From Candidatus Hydrogenedentota bacterium (GTDB taxonomy: Bacteria; Hydrogenedentota; Hydrogenedentia; Hydrogenedentales; SLHB01): 64,000 bases of DNA. The stretch lies in NCBI GenBank assembly GCA_963674865.2, contig CAXXYE010000004.1:608001-672000 (forward strand), given 5' to 3'. Both the position numbers and the translations under genes were made by a program. This document shows, piece by piece, positions 9,003-20,167 of this stretch; the first letter of the stretch is position 1, and the number at the start of each line of letters is the position of its first letter. The notes under the pieces are model-generated. The model did no database searches. It worked only from the letters and a program-made list of their open reading frames with translations, and was not told the DNA's origin.

Positions 9003-10988
9003 CTACTTGACCGCTGAAGGAGCGCCTGCCCGCAAGTAGGCCCGCGCCGCGTCGGCGATGCCTTCCGCATCCAGCCCCCAACGGACAAGCTGCTCATGGC
9101 GCGTGGCGTGGGGGAGAAAGGCGTCCGGCAAACCCAGCCGGTGCACGCGGACTTCCTCAAGGCGTCCAATCTGCTCGAAGTACTCGAGCACCGCCGCGCC
9201 GAAGCCCCCCAGCAGAGCATTCTCCTCAACCGTAATCATCGGGATCGACTGGAGTCCTGAAAGAAGCTCCGTATCCAGCGGCTTCACGCGACGCGCATCC
9301 ACCACGCCCACAGAGAAGCCCTCCGTCGCCAGGATCTCCGCGGCCCCAAGACAGAAGCCCACACAAGGCCCCACTCCCAGGAGCGTAAGGTCCGTGCCTT
9401 CACGCAGCACTTGCCCCTTGGTGACGTCGCGGCTGTCAGGCGTGTCGTCCATAGGAATCGTCAGCGCCTTGCCGCGCGGATAGCGAATTGCCACCGGCCC
9501 CGGCTGCTTAAGCGCCCAGTCCACCATGGCCCGCAGGTCGAGGTCATCGCGCGGCGTAAGGACGGCTATGTTGGGAATAACTCGTAGATAGGAAAGGTCA
9601 AACGCCCCGGCATGGGTGGGGCTGTCCTCACCGACGAACCCGGCGCGATCGATAGCAAACACGACGGGGAGGTCCTGGAGACACACATCGTGGATCACCT
9701 GATCGTATCCACGTTGCAGAAACGTCGAGTAGATGGCGCAGACGGGATGAAAGCCCTGCGTGGCTAGTCCCGCGGCGAAGGTCACCGCGTGCTGCTCACA
9801 AATGCCGACGTCAAAGAACCGTTCAGGAAAGCGCTCCTGAAACTCGCTGAGTCCCGTACCGGTGGGCATGGCGGCCGTGATGCCCACCACACTCGGCTCG
9901 TTCTCGGCTACCTCGATAAGCGCCGAGGCGAAGGTGGCGGTAAAGGTCTTGGCCGGCAAGCGTTTACGCTCGGACTCCGGTGGCCGGGCCTCGCCCTCCA
10001 TTTCGCCGGTGCGCACGTCGTAGGGACTCACGCCATGGTACTTCTGAGGATCTTCCTCGGCGAAACTATATCCCTTTCCCTTCTGGGTGACGCAGTGAAG
10101 CAAGATCGGGCCGTGCATTCTCTTCAAGTTCGAGAGGAAGCCGATGAGCGTCGGCAGATCGTGTCCGTCCACCGGACCGATGTAGTTGAATCCAAGTTCC
10201 TGAAAGAGGCCGCCCGCCGTAAGAAAACCCTTCACGGACTGCTCGAAACGCTGAGCGGTCTTCGTGAGTTGCGAGCCCAGCATGCGCTTCAAGAAGCTCT
10301 GAACATCTTCCTTTGCACGGTTATACATGCCAGCCGTGATGAGGCGGTTGAAGTAGGCCGATAGCGCCCCGACGTTGCGCGAAATGGACATCTCGTTATC
10401 ATTCAGGATCACCAGGAGGTCCGTGCCGACGTGGCCGGCGTGACTCAGGGCCTCGAAAGCCATTCCTCCCGTCATCGCCCCATCCCCGATGAAGGCAATC
10501 ACGCGGTGATCCTCGCCGCGCCGATCGCGGCCAACAGCCATGCCGAGTGCCGCCGAGATCGAGGTGGAGCTATGGCCGACGCCAAAGGCGTCGTACTGGC
10601 TCTCGGCCATGCTCGGATAGCCGCTAAGACCGTCCTGTTTGCGGATCGTCTCGAAGCGCTCCCGGCGCGATGTCACCAACTTGTGGGCGTAGCATTGATG
10701 GCCCACATCCCAGACAATGCGATCCTTCTCGGCGTCGAAGACATAGTGCAAAGCCAAGGTCAGTTCGACGGCGCCCAGGGGCGATGCAAGATGGCCGCCG
10801 TTCACGGCCACCGTCTCGACGATCCTTCGGCGAATCTCCTCGGCCAGATGCTCTAAGTCCTCGAAGGAAAGCTCCTTAAGGTCCTTGGGACTGTCTATCT
10901 TATCCAGAAGCGGGGTCAGGACAGGCTCTTCCCGGCCCTGCATGTCATTCTTGCGCTTTGACATAGCTGAAAACGGCAACTCCTTCAT
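9003..10988 (-). CDS. dxs: 1-deoxy-D-xylulose-5-phosphate synthase
   Basis: GGHLASPLGAVEL, WDVGHQCY, GHSSTSISA, GDGAMTGG, DRAG, IRYPRG. Start may lie slightly downstream. Confidence 0.97.
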   Translation of the reverse strand: MKELPFSAMSKRKNDMQGREEPVLTPLLDKIDSPKDLKELSFEDLEHLAEEIRRRIVETVAVNGGHLASPLGAVELTLALHYVFDAEKDRIVWDVGHQCYAHKLVTSRRERFETIRKQDGLSGYPSMAESQYDAFGVGHSSTSISAALGMAVGRDRRGEDHRVIAFIGDGAMTGGMAFEALSHAGHVGTDLLVILNDNEMSISRNVGALSAYFNRLITAGMYNRAKEDVQSFLKRMLGSQLTKTAQRFEQSVKGFLTAGGLFQELGFNYIGPVDGHDLPTLIGFLSNLKRMHGPILLHCVTQKGKGYSFAEEDPQKYHGVSPYDVRTGEMEGEARPPESERKRLPAKTFTATFASALIEVAENEPSVVGITAAMPTGTGLSEFQERFPERFFDVGICEQHAVTFAAGLATQGFHPVCAIYSTFLQRGYDQVIHDVCLQDLPVVFAIDRAGFVGEDSPTHAGAFDLSYLRVIPNIAVLTPRDDLDLRAMVDWALKQPGPVAIRYPRGKALTIPMDDTPDSRDVTKGQVLREGTDLTLLGVGPCVGFCLGAAEILATEGFSVGVVDARRVKPLDTELLSGLQSIPMITVEENALLGGFGAAVLEYFEQIGRLEEVRVHRLGLPDAFLPHATRHEQLVRWGLDAEGIADAARAYLRAGAPSAVK

Positions 10989-11249
10989 GAAGTGATATTC
11001 ACAAAGTATAGCACATGGTTCCCGCTAAACGTATTCATGACAAGCGCATGCGGGAACCGCCGTCCAGCGCGCAGGAGCAGGGATCCGGTGCGCGCGCAAG
11101 ACTCGCCCGGATGTCGCGCCCAAGGGTGCGCATCTGCTACACTTAACGACGCGGCGAGATAGCTTCTGCATCTCCCTTCACGCTTCCCTGGATCGCGCAG
11201 TCAAGACGACGCTTAACCCATCAATACAGCTAGGCAGGAGGTCGCCGGT

Positions 11250-12608
11250 ATGCCAGAATCTCACATGGAAGAGCCCTGGAAGGAGCTGGTGGCCGTCGTC
11301 GAGTCGGGCAATCCGCAGCGACTCGATGAGTACCTCGACTCGCTGTCGCCCGCGGAGATCGCCCGCGCCACATCGCGGCTGAGTGACGAGCAGCAGGCGG
11401 GCCTACTCGGCTTGCTCGAACCGGGAGACGCCGCCGACCTCCTCGAAGAGCTGTCCGATGCGCAAGGCGTGGACCTCCTCGAGGAACTCGACGCCTCCCG
11501 CGCCGCCGCCATCGTCGATGAGATGGAAACCGACGAGCGCGCCGACATTCTATCCGAGCTCGACGAAGAGGACGTCGAGGCCATCCTGCGGGAGATGGAT
11601 CCGGAGGAGGCTGAAGATGTCCGACATCTCATGACCTACCCCTCCGACACCGCCGGCGGGCGCATGGTGACGGACTTCCTCGTCTACCGCGACACCCAGC
11701 GCGTCGCCGATGTTCTCGCCGACCTGAAAGAGCACCACGAGGAGTACTCGGACTACACCGTGCAGTACGCCTACGTGACATCGGCAAGAGACGTATTGAT
11801 CGGCGTGGTACCTCTGCGTCAACTCGTCCTCGCGGCCAACGACACGCTCCTGCGCTCCATCATGATCGCCAATCCACTCAGTGTGCGGGTCGATGCACCT
11901 CTGGAAGAACTCGAGCACATGTTCGACCGCTATCCTTTCGTCGGCGTGCCCGTAATGGACGAGAAGGGCCGGCTCGTGGGCGTCGTACGGCGGGCCGACG
12001 CGGAAGAGGCTTTCGGCGAGCGTTCGGACAAGACCTTCATGCGCTTCAGCGGCATCATCGGCGGCGAAGAAATCCGCAGCATGCCAACGGCCTCACGCTC
12101 CCTCCGGCGGCTATCCTGGCTTGTGCTGAACATGGTTTTGAGCATCTCCGCAGCCTGCGTCATCCTCTTCTTCCAGGACACCATCGGCAAAGTGTTTGCC
12201 CTTGTCTTCTTCATGCCTATCATCTGCAATATGAGCGGCTGCTCAGGAAATCAGGCCGTGGCCGTCAGTATCCGCGAGATCACCCTCGGACTTATCACAC
12301 CTGCCGACTTCGTCCGCGTGCTCCTCAAAGAGTGCGTCATCGGCGTGGTTAACGGGCTCGTGCTGGGCGTGCTGCTGGCCCTCGTCGCTATGTTCATGTG
12401 GCGCGATGTCGCCCATCTAGGCCTGATCATAGGCGCAGCTTTCGCGCTGAATACACTCATTGCCGTCTCCCTCGGAGGGGTCGTCCCTCTGCTCTTGAAG
12501 CGCCTCAACATCGATCCCGCGATAGGCGCCCCGCCTATGCTGACAACCGTCACCGACATGTGCGGCTTCCTCCTCGTCCTGGGACTCGCAACCGCCGTGT
12601 TGCTCTAA
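11250..12608 (+). CDS. mgtE: Magnesium transporter MgtE
   Basis: Acidic N-domain, TAGGRM, CBS pair, TM domain with GNQA, IDPA and TTVTD. Confidence 0.93.
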   Translation: MPESHMEEPWKELVAVVESGNPQRLDEYLDSLSPAEIARATSRLSDEQQAGLLGLLEPGDAADLLEELSDAQGVDLLEELDASRAAAIVDEMETDERADILSELDEEDVEAILREMDPEEAEDVRHLMTYPSDTAGGRMVTDFLVYRDTQRVADVLADLKEHHEEYSDYTVQYAYVTSARDVLIGVVPLRQLVLAANDTLLRSIMIANPLSVRVDAPLEELEHMFDRYPFVGVPVMDEKGRLVGVVRRADAEEAFGERSDKTFMRFSGIIGGEEIRSMPTASRSLRRLSWLVLNMVLSISAACVILFFQDTIGKVFALVFFMPIICNMSGCSGNQAVAVSIREITLGLITPADFVRVLLKECVIGVVNGLVLGVLLALVAMFMWRDVAHLGLIIGAAFALNTLIAVSLGGVVPLLLKRLNIDPAIGAPPMLTTVTDMCGFLLVLGLATAVLL

Positions 12609-12790
12609 CCGGCCTTCCGGCACAGCACCGGGCCGGCCCGCCGCAAAGGCTCCGCGCGCCTGATGTCTTGCCTCAGAGCTATCGCCCCTTGAAAGGTGGC
12701 GCGCGCGCTTCTAATATGCTGCGCTATCGAGTTTGGTCGGCATATCCGTATGGGCATGCAACACGGCTTTCGATTGGAGACCTCGCCTCA

Positions 12791-15544
12791 ATGGACAAAG
12801 ACACGCCGGGCAACCAAACTGCCGCCAATGAGATACACGCCGCCGACCTCCGCTGCAATTACCTCCGCGCGCCGCTAGGAATCGCCGATCCTCGGCCAAA
12901 GCTCACCTGGACGGTTACCGCCGATGGGGGAGAGGCTGTGCAGACAGCCTACCGCATCCACGTGGCCTCCAGCGAAGCGATACTAGGCCAAGCTCCCGAC
13001 ATCTGGGACAGCGGCAAAGTGATGACGGGGCAGGCCACGCAGATCATGTACGACGGGCCGCCGCTGACAAGTGGCCGGCGCGTCCATTGGGCGGTGCGGC
13101 TTTGGGACGAGAAAGGCCGCCCGGGCCCCCTTTCCAAAAGCGCATGGTGGGAGATGGGACTCCTCGATGAGCACGACTGGGAGGCAAGGTGGATCGCCGG
13201 CCCGGAGCCTTGTCCCATCTTTCGACGGGCGTTCGCCATGTCGCAGCCTGTCGCGCGGGCAAGACTCTACCTATGCGGCCAGGGCGTCTACGAGGCCTGG
13301 CTCAACGGCCATCCCGTGAGTGATGAGGTGCTCGGGCCGCAGTTAAGCAACTATCCCGTAAGGATGTTTTACGACACGTTCGATGTGTCCCATCTCCTGC
13401 AGCCGGGACGCAATGCAGTAGGCGTGTGCGTTGCCCCCGGCTGGTTCGGCGGAGAACGCACCAGCGAACCTATCAAAATGCCGGACGGGCCCCGTCACGC
13501 GCTCATTGCACAACTGGTGCTAACGTACGAAGACGGCACGCAGGAGAAGGTAGCTACAGACACCGGATGGAAAACCGCCGAGAGCGGCATAAAACCGGTC
13601 AAGAGCCATTGGGCGCACTGCTACGGGGAATCCGGAGAACGCTTCGACGCGTCATGCGAGCCGCCGACCTGGAAGGAAGCGGACTTTGACGACGGCGCCT
13701 GGCTGCACGCGCGCGTCATCAATCCTCCGACGCGGGCGCTGTGCCCACGGATGAACGAACCGAATCGCGTGGTCGAAACGGTGACGCCCGTAGCCGTGAC
13801 TCCGATACGGGAGTCACTGGATGCAGCCGAGTACGCTGCCATGATCAAGGCAGCAGGCAGTCGCAACTGGTCGCTGGAGACGATGGAGAATCCCGTCTTT
13901 GCCAAGGGCTGGACACCCGCGTTCAGCCAATCCTACCGGGAACACCAAGGCGCTTCCGTGTCGGGCTTTGAAGTCGATTTCGGCAAGCACATCTCAGGCT
14001 GGGCAAGGATGGACGTATCCGGGAGCGCGGGGGATACGGTGACGATGTTCGGCCTCGACCAGCATCGGCTGGGCGGCTCCGCCAAAGAAGTCGTCGGACA
14101 GCGCTTCATGCACCGGGCATTCCGCTATCTCCCGGTGCACTTCTCCGGCGGCGCGAAGAGGCCGCGTATCGAGAATATACGCGCCCTGTCGGTGCAGAAC
14201 GATATCCGCTCGGTGGGCACATTCGAGTGCTCATGCCCCGCCCTCAACCGAATCCACGATGCCGCCGCGCGCACATGGCGAGTCCATATGTTGAGCGGCA
14301 TGCCCATGGATTCCTGGCGGGAGCGCTTCGGCACCGGACTCATCGAGAACTGCGAATCGGCGTTCTACTGGAGCGACATGGGCGCTTTCTACACCAAGTG
14401 GCTACAAGATCATCGTGACAGCCAGCGTGAGGACGGCTATCTGAGCATTAGCGGCGGCCCCATCGCGTATGACTACTGGCAGCCAAACACAAGCAAGAGC
14501 GGCATTGTGCTTGTGCCGTGGCTAATGTACCTCCACTACGGAGATCGGCAGGTCGTGGCAGAGAATTATCCCGCGATGAAGCGCTGGCTTGACCTCTGCG
14601 CCCCGCCCGATGACGACGGCCCCACGTGGCGCCCTCCGGAGAACCACGGCGTGGCCGAGGCTGGCTACGGTGATCACGGCAGGCCTTCAGCACGGTGGTA
14701 CGATGCCCACGTCGGCGACTTGTTCGAGACGCTGCACACGATCCATTGCTTCCGTATGGCCCGGCAGATGGCCCAATTGCTCGGGGAAACTCAAGATGCC
14801 GAAGACTACGCCGCGATTCTGGCCCGCCTGAGGCGAAAAACTAACAGCTGCGCCTTTCTGGATCCGGCAAGCGGCCTATACGGTGAGGGAGACCAAGGCT
14901 GTCATGCCGCGGCCATCTGCGAGCACGTAGCGCCTGAGTCGCTGCGCGGCGAGGTCGAGAACGCGCTCATCGACGACATCATGACGAAGCGCCAAGGCCA
15001 CCTCAACACCGGCTTCATCGGCACCTGGTACCTCCTGAAGGCGCTTGTCGCGCTGGGACGGCCGGACGTGGCAATTACAGTCCTCTCAAACGAGACGCCC
15101 CCAAGCATAGCGACCATGCTGAGGCACCCGGACTCTCCCGAGGAACTCACCCTTTTGCCGGAATTCTTCTATGGCGGGATGATCCCGCATCCGGGCTGGT
15201 GCAGCGTCGGCTTCTGGTTCTACGAGTCCCTCGCGGGAATAAGGCCTGACTGGGCCATCCCCGGCTTCAGACGCATCGTGATTCACCCTCAACCGGCGCC
15301 CCATGTCGAATGGATCAAGGCCCGACACCATTCCATTGCAGGCGAAATCGGTTCGGAGTGGTCCTTGAGAGGCGGACGTTTGGAGCTGAAGGTGATCATT
15401 CCTCCCAACTGCTCGGCACAGGTGATCGTGCCTGCTCAAGGCCATGATGGCGTCAAAGCCCCCGACAGAGCCCGGTTCATGGGAATGGTTGGCTCGGAAC
15501 CGGCATTTGAGGTGGCGAGCGGAACCTGGACATTTGCTTCGTGA
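12791..15544 (+). CDS. Alpha-L-rhamnosidase-like GH78 protein
   Basis: LRCNYLRAPLGI, QTAYRIHVASS, WDSGKV, ARLYLCGQGVYE.WLNG, DFG, HLNTGFIGT, LAGIRP. ATG with GGAGA RBS. Confidence 0.85.
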   Translation: MDKDTPGNQTAANEIHAADLRCNYLRAPLGIADPRPKLTWTVTADGGEAVQTAYRIHVASSEAILGQAPDIWDSGKVMTGQATQIMYDGPPLTSGRRVHWAVRLWDEKGRPGPLSKSAWWEMGLLDEHDWEARWIAGPEPCPIFRRAFAMSQPVARARLYLCGQGVYEAWLNGHPVSDEVLGPQLSNYPVRMFYDTFDVSHLLQPGRNAVGVCVAPGWFGGERTSEPIKMPDGPRHALIAQLVLTYEDGTQEKVATDTGWKTAESGIKPVKSHWAHCYGESGERFDASCEPPTWKEADFDDGAWLHARVINPPTRALCPRMNEPNRVVETVTPVAVTPIRESLDAAEYAAMIKAAGSRNWSLETMENPVFAKGWTPAFSQSYREHQGASVSGFEVDFGKHISGWARMDVSGSAGDTVTMFGLDQHRLGGSAKEVVGQRFMHRAFRYLPVHFSGGAKRPRIENIRALSVQNDIRSVGTFECSCPALNRIHDAAARTWRVHMLSGMPMDSWRERFGTGLIENCESAFYWSDMGAFYTKWLQDHRDSQREDGYLSISGGPIAYDYWQPNTSKSGIVLVPWLMYLHYGDRQVVAENYPAMKRWLDLCAPPDDDGPTWRPPENHGVAEAGYGDHGRPSARWYDAHVGDLFETLHTIHCFRMARQMAQLLGETQDAEDYAAILARLRRKTNSCAFLDPASGLYGEGDQGCHAAAICEHVAPESLRGEVENALIDDIMTKRQGHLNTGFIGTWYLLKALVALGRPDVAITVLSNETPPSIATMLRHPDSPEELTLLPEFFYGGMIPHPGWCSVGFWFYESLAGIRPDWAIPGFRRIVIHPQPAPHVEWIKARHHSIAGEIGSEWSLRGGRLELKVIIPPNCSAQVIVPAQGHDGVKAPDRARFMGMVGSEPAFEVASGTWTFAS

Positions 15545-15682
15545 CAGGCGCTACGGTGATGCGACGCTATGTTGCTACTGCTCCTGTTGGACAACGCCTT
15601 CCAAGTGGCCAACACACTGGATTCAAAGAACTTCGAATGAGCCTTCCTTTGCCGTCAAGCCATCGGAAATCGGTACGACTTC

Positions 15683-15712
15683 TTGACTTCCTTTCGCTTC
15701 GATTGCTACAGT
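15683..15712 (+). promoter_or_regulatory. Putative sigma70 promoter for the trp operon
   Basis: TTGACT-18 nt-TACAGT with TGn extension. Confidence 0.45.
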
Positions 15713-15776
15713 CCCGTATTCTTAGGCAGCGCAGTTTTTCTCATTCTTCACGTTCTGGACAACGGTCGAGGTAGGC

Positions 15777-16790
15777 ATGATTCAAGAAGCCATCGCCCTT
15801 GCGACACAAGGCAAAGACTTGACTCGCGCCCAGGCCGCCGAGGCAATGCGCGACCTGATGTCCGGGGCCGCAACGCCGGCGCAGATCGGCGGATTCCTTG
15901 TTGCGTTGCGCATGAAGGGGGAGAGCGTCAGAGAGATCACCGGTTTCGCGGAAACCATGCGGTCGATGGCCACTCCCATCGACACATCCCGCCGCCCGCT
16001 GGTGGATACCTGCGGCACGGGCGGGGACCACTCGGGCACGTTCAACGTTTCCACCACCGCGGCTTTCGTCGTGGCAGGGGCGGGCATCGCCGTCGCCAAA
16101 CACGGCAACCGCAGCGCGACCAGTAAGTGCGGCAGCGCCGATGTACTCGAGGCCCTCGGAGTCAACATCGACGCCTCGCCCGCGTGCGTCGGCCGGTGCA
16201 TCGACGACGTCGGCATCGGTTTCCTCTTCGCGCGAGCCCTGCACAGCGCCATGAAGCACGTGGCCGCCCCACGGCAGGAACTGAAAGTGCGCACCGTCTT
16301 CAACATCCTCGGGCCTCTTACCAACCCGGCCCGGGCCTGCGGCCAAGTCATGGGCGTATTCGACGCGGCCCTCGTCGAGCCGCTGGCGCGCGTACTGCTT
16401 AGTCTCGGAACGCGCCACGCCTTTGTCGTGGCCGGCTCGGACGGGCTGGACGAGCTCACCCTGGACGGAGCTTCTACCGTAGCGGAAACCATCGCCGGTG
16501 AAGTCAAGGCCTACGAGATCTCCCCAGGCGACTTCGGCCTGTCACGAGCCGGACGGGAGGCCATTCTCGGCGGTGACGCAGAGGCCAACGCACGGCTGCT
16601 TCGCAATGTGCTTGAAGGTCGGAAGGGACCTCACCGCGACATCGTGTTGCTCAACGCCGCCGCGGCCATCCGCGCCGGGAAGGACGACGCCGACTGGAAA
16701 GAAGCCATCGGCCTCGCTGAAAAGGCCATCGATTCCGGTGCGGCCTTGACAAAACTCGAAGCCCTTGTGAAGGCATCACATGATTCTTGA
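15777..16790 (+). CDS. trpD: Anthranilate phosphoribosyltransferase
   Basis: DTCGTGGD, FNVST, KHGNRS, RTVFNILGPLTNP, DGLDE. Confidence 0.97.
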   Translation: MIQEAIALATQGKDLTRAQAAEAMRDLMSGAATPAQIGGFLVALRMKGESVREITGFAETMRSMATPIDTSRRPLVDTCGTGGDHSGTFNVSTTAAFVVAGAGIAVAKHGNRSATSKCGSADVLEALGVNIDASPACVGRCIDDVGIGFLFARALHSAMKHVAAPRQELKVRTVFNILGPLTNPARACGQVMGVFDAALVEPLARVLLSLGTRHAFVVAGSDGLDELTLDGASTVAETIAGEVKAYEISPGDFGLSRAGREAILGGDAEANARLLRNVLEGRKGPHRDIVLLNAAAAIRAGKDDADWKEAIGLAEKAIDSGAALTKLEALVKASHDS

Positions 16791-17562
16791 CGATATTTGC
16801 GCGCATAAGCGGGAAGAAGTCGCGGCAAGCAAGCGCGCCGTTCCCCCGGCGGAACTTGAGGAGCGTATTGCCGGTATCCATCCGCCTCGCGATTTCCGAG
16901 CGGCCCTTCGCGCCCCGGGCATCAGCCTCATCGCCGAGATCAAGCGCGCCTCACCGTCGAAGGGCGTGCTCATCGAAGACATGGATCCCGTGGACCTCGC
17001 CAATGTTTATGAACAGGCCGGGGCGCGGGCCATCTCGGTTCTTACGGACAGCCGATTCTTTCAGGGCTCCCTCGAGGACCTGACGGTTGTCCGCAAGGAC
17101 GTGGCCTTGCCGTGCCTTCGGAAGGATTTCGTCGTCGACCCGTACCAGTTGTACGAGGCCCGCGCGGCACATGCCGATGCCGTGCTCCTTATCGTCCGCG
17201 TCTTGGCGGATTCCCAATTGAAGGACTATCTGGCCCTGGCCGAAGAACTAGGCATGGCGGCCCTCGTCGAGACGCACAGTGCCGACGAGATCGAGCGCGC
17301 CATCGAGGTGGGTGCGCATATTATCGGTATCAACAACCGCGACCTGACGACCTTCGAGGTGAACGTCAACACCACGCTGGAACTGAAACGCCTGGTTCCC
17401 GGCGGACACGTCCTTGTCAGTGAGAGCGGCATCGAGACGCGCGAGCAAGTCCGCGCCCTCGAAGACGGCGGCGTGGACGCTATCCTCGTCGGCGAGACGC
17501 TCGTGACAAGCAAGAACATTCACGAAACCATCCGAGGACTCCTCGGCGATGACGAAAGTTAA
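16780..17562 (+). CDS. trpC: Indole-3-glycerol phosphate synthase
   Basis: IAEIKRASPSKG, ISVLTD, LRKDF, GINNRDL, VSESGI. Confidence 0.97.
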   Translation: MILDDICAHKREEVAASKRAVPPAELEERIAGIHPPRDFRAALRAPGISLIAEIKRASPSKGVLIEDMDPVDLANVYEQAGARAISVLTDSRFFQGSLEDLTVVRKDVALPCLRKDFVVDPYQLYEARAAHADAVLLIVRVLADSQLKDYLALAEELGMAALVETHSADEIERAIEVGAHIIGINNRDLTTFEVNVNTTLELKRLVPGGHVLVSESGIETREQVRALEDGGVDAILVGETLVTSKNIHETIRGLLGDDES

Positions 17563-18175
17563 GATCTGCGGCATCACGAGCCTCGAGGACGCCATGGCGG
17601 CGTGCGAAGCCGGCGCCGACGCCCTCGGCTTCAATTTCGCGCCGGAGGCCAAGAAGCGCAACCGGTTCATCGAACCTGAGGCCGCGCGCCGCATTATCGA
17701 GCAGTTGCCGCCCTTTGTGGCCGGCGTCGCCGTTTGTGTGAATGAGGAACCGCGCCGCATCCGCGAGTATCTCGAGTTTGTGGACTGGATCCAGTTTCAC
17801 GGCGAGGAAACGCCGGAGCAGTGCCGCGAGGCGGGATGCCGCGGCATCAAGGCGCTTCGCGTCGGCCCGAAGTTCGATCCGGAGGCCATGCGGGCCTATC
17901 CGACACCGGCCTTCTTGCTTGACGCCCATCTGCAGGGCGAGCGAGGCGGCACGGGCCGAACATGTGACTGGGCCGCCGCCCAAAGGGCCGTCGCCCTGGG
18001 CCGCCCGGTGTTGCTTGCCGGCGGACTGACGCCCGAGAATGTTGCCGAGGCCGTGAAGATCGTGCGGCCTTACGGAGTGGATACCGCCAGCGGCGTCGAA
18101 GCCGCTCCTGGAAAGAAGGATCATGACCGAATCAGAGCATTCGTCCGGAACGCCAAAGCACAGCTTTCCCGATAG
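17549..18175 (+). CDS. trpF: Phosphoribosylanthranilate isomerase
   Basis: [37 protein letters not shown]. Confidence 0.97.
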   Translation: MTKVKICGITSLEDAMAACEAGADALGFNFAPEAKKRNRFIEPEAARRIIEQLPPFVAGVAVCVNEEPRRIREYLEFVDWIQFHGEETPEQCREAGCRGIKALRVGPKFDPEAMRAYPTPAFLLDAHLQGERGGTGRTCDWAAAQRAVALGRPVLLAGGLTPENVAEAVKIVRPYGVDTASGVEAAPGKKDHDRIRAFVRNAKAQLSR

Positions 18176-19358
18176 GCGAGGCCGCTACGGGGAATTCGGC
18201 GGCAAATTTGTGCCGGAAACTCTCATGCCCGCCTTGGAAGAACTCGAACGCGCCTATCTGGATGCAAAGGATGACCCGTCCTTCCAACAGACGCTCAGCA
18301 CCTATCAAAAGGATTACATCGGCCGTCCCACGCCGCTATTCCTTGCGTCGCGGCTGACGGAGCACCTCGGCGGCGCCAAGGTCTATTTCAAGCGCGAGGA
18401 TTTGGCCCACACCGGCGCCCATAAGATTAACAACGCCCTCGGACAGGCCCTTCTCGCCAAGCGAATGGGCAAGCGCCGCATCATTGCTGAGACGGGCGCA
18501 GGCCAACATGGCGTCGCCACGGCCACGGCCGCCGCCCTGCTGGGACTCGAATGTGTGGTCTACATGGGCACCGAAGATATCGAGCGCCAGAAACTGAACG
18601 TGTTTCGCATGCGGCTGCTCGGCACCGAGGTTGCCCCGGTGGACTCAGGCAGCAAGATCCTCAAGGACGCCATCAACGAAGCGCTGCGCGACTGGGTGAC
18701 CAACGTCCGCGATACGCACTACGTGCTGGGCACCGTCCACGGCCCACATCCGTTCCCGATGATGTGCCGGGATTTCCAGAGCATCATCGGCCGCGAGGTA
18801 CGCGTGCAGATCATGGAACACGAAGGCCGGTTGCCGGATACGCTCATCGCCTGCGTCGGCGGCGGAAGCAACTCCATCGGCCTCTTCTTCGACTTCCTGC
18901 AGGATGAGCAGGTACGTATGATCGGCGTCGAGGCCGGGGGACGCGGCATCGAATCCGGGCAGCACGCGGCCCGGTTCGCAGGCGGAGTCTTCGGCATGCT
19001 GCACGGCGCCATGAGCTACGTGCTCCAGGATCCTCATGGGCAGATCCTCGGCACCCACAGCGTCTCCGCGGGATTGGATTACGCCAGCGTGGGGCCGGAG
19101 CACGCCTATCTGCGGAGTAGCGGTCGCGTCGAATACACCTACGCCACGGACCAGGAGGCCCTGGACGCCTTCCAGCTCGCAAGCAAGCTCGAAGGCATCA
19201 TCCCGGCCCTCGAAAGCGCCCATGCCGTAGCGCATGCCTGCAAGATCGTTCCCAAAATGCCACCGGACAAAGTGGTCATCGTCAACATGTCAGGACGCGG
19301 CGACAAAGACGTGCAACAAGCCGCGAAGTTCATCCTGCCTGAAGAGGACTTCTCGTGA
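18123..19358 (+). CDS. trpB: Tryptophan synthase beta chain
   Basis: [41 protein letters not shown]. Confidence 0.98.
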   Translation: MTESEHSSGTPKHSFPDRRGRYGEFGGKFVPETLMPALEELERAYLDAKDDPSFQQTLSTYQKDYIGRPTPLFLASRLTEHLGGAKVYFKREDLAHTGAHKINNALGQALLAKRMGKRRIIAETGAGQHGVATATAAALLGLECVVYMGTEDIERQKLNVFRMRLLGTEVAPVDSGSKILKDAINEALRDWVTNVRDTHYVLGTVHGPHPFPMMCRDFQSIIGREVRVQIMEHEGRLPDTLIACVGGGSNSIGLFFDFLQDEQVRMIGVEAGGRGIESGQHAARFAGGVFGMLHGAMSYVLQDPHGQILGTHSVSAGLDYASVGPEHAYLRSSGRVEYTYATDQEALDAFQLASKLEGIIPALESAHAVAHACKIVPKMPPDKVVIVNMSGRGDKDVQQAAKFILPEEDFS

Positions 19359-20167
19359 ATCGGATAGACGCAACATTCAACGAATTGGCCAAGCGGAACG
19401 AGACGGCCTTCATCGCCTATATCACCGCGGGCGACCCGACCCTCGATGTGACGGGCGCGGTGGTGCTCGAGATGGAGAAAGCGGGCGTCGATATCATCGA
19501 ATTCGGCGTGCCCTTCTCGGACCCGGTTGCGGACGGCGTCGCCAACCAGGAGGCCGCGCAGCGCGCCTTGGCCCACGGCGTCACCCTCGAGGGGATCCTC
19601 GAACTCGTCGGCACGCTCCGCCAGTCCACCGAGATCCCCTTGGTGTTGTTCACGTATTTCAATCCGGTGCTCGCGTACGGCATCGAGAAGTTCGCGGCCG
19701 ACGCCGCCAAAGCGGGCATAGATGGCGTGCTCTGCGTTGACCTGCCGCCCGAGGAGGCGGGGGATTACAAGCGGCATCTGGATGCCCACGGCGTAGCCAC
19801 CGTGTTCCTTATCGCCCCCACGAGCACGCCCGAGCGGATCGCCCTCATCGCGAAGGCATCAACCGGCTTCGTCTACTACGTGTCCCGAACCGGCGTCACC
19901 GGCGTGCGCGACGACATCGAGCAATCCGTCAAAGGCATGGTGGCCGCCATCAAGGAACACACCACTATGCCCGTCGCCGTGGGATTCGGCATCTCGACGC
20001 CCGAACAGGCCGCCGAGGTCGGGGGCTATGCGGACGGCGTCATCGTCGGCAGCGCCATCGTGCGCCGGATCGGCAGACATGGCGATAGCCCCGACACAGC
20101 GCCCGCCGTAGGCACCTTTGTTCGCCCCCTCGTTGAAGCCACAAAACGCGCCAGGAGAAGCTCGTGA
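19355..20167 (+). CDS. trpA: Tryptophan synthase alpha chain
   Basis: [37 protein letters not shown]. Confidence 0.97.
   Translation: MNRIDATFNELAKRNETAFIAYITAGDPTLDVTGAVVLEMEKAGVDIIEFGVPFSDPVADGVANQEAAQRALAHGVTLEGILELVGTLRQSTEIPLVLFTYFNPVLAYGIEKFAADAAKAGIDGVLCVDLPPEEAGDYKRHLDAHGVATVFLIAPTSTPERIALIAKASTGFVYYVSRTGVTGVRDDIEQSVKGMVAAIKEHTTMPVAVGFGISTPEQAAEVGGYADGVIVGSAIVRRIGRHGDSPDTAPAVGTFVRPLVEATKRARRSS

Noticed and set aside
10990..11249. Possible M-box riboswitch upstream of mgtE
   Set aside because: No recognisable M-box consensus or terminator in the dxs-mgtE intergenic region.
12398..12790. N-terminal extension of the GH78 ORF, and likewise 50443-50592, 51910-51957, 53339-53413 and 60459-60650
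   Set aside because: The extensions overlap upstream genes or the tRNA, or lack homology-like features. Downstream starts fit better.
15444..15776. Trp-containing reading frame upstream of trpD as an attenuator leader
   Set aside because: No nearby start or RBS, no tandem Trp codons and no terminator. The likely promoter lies downstream of the Trp codons.
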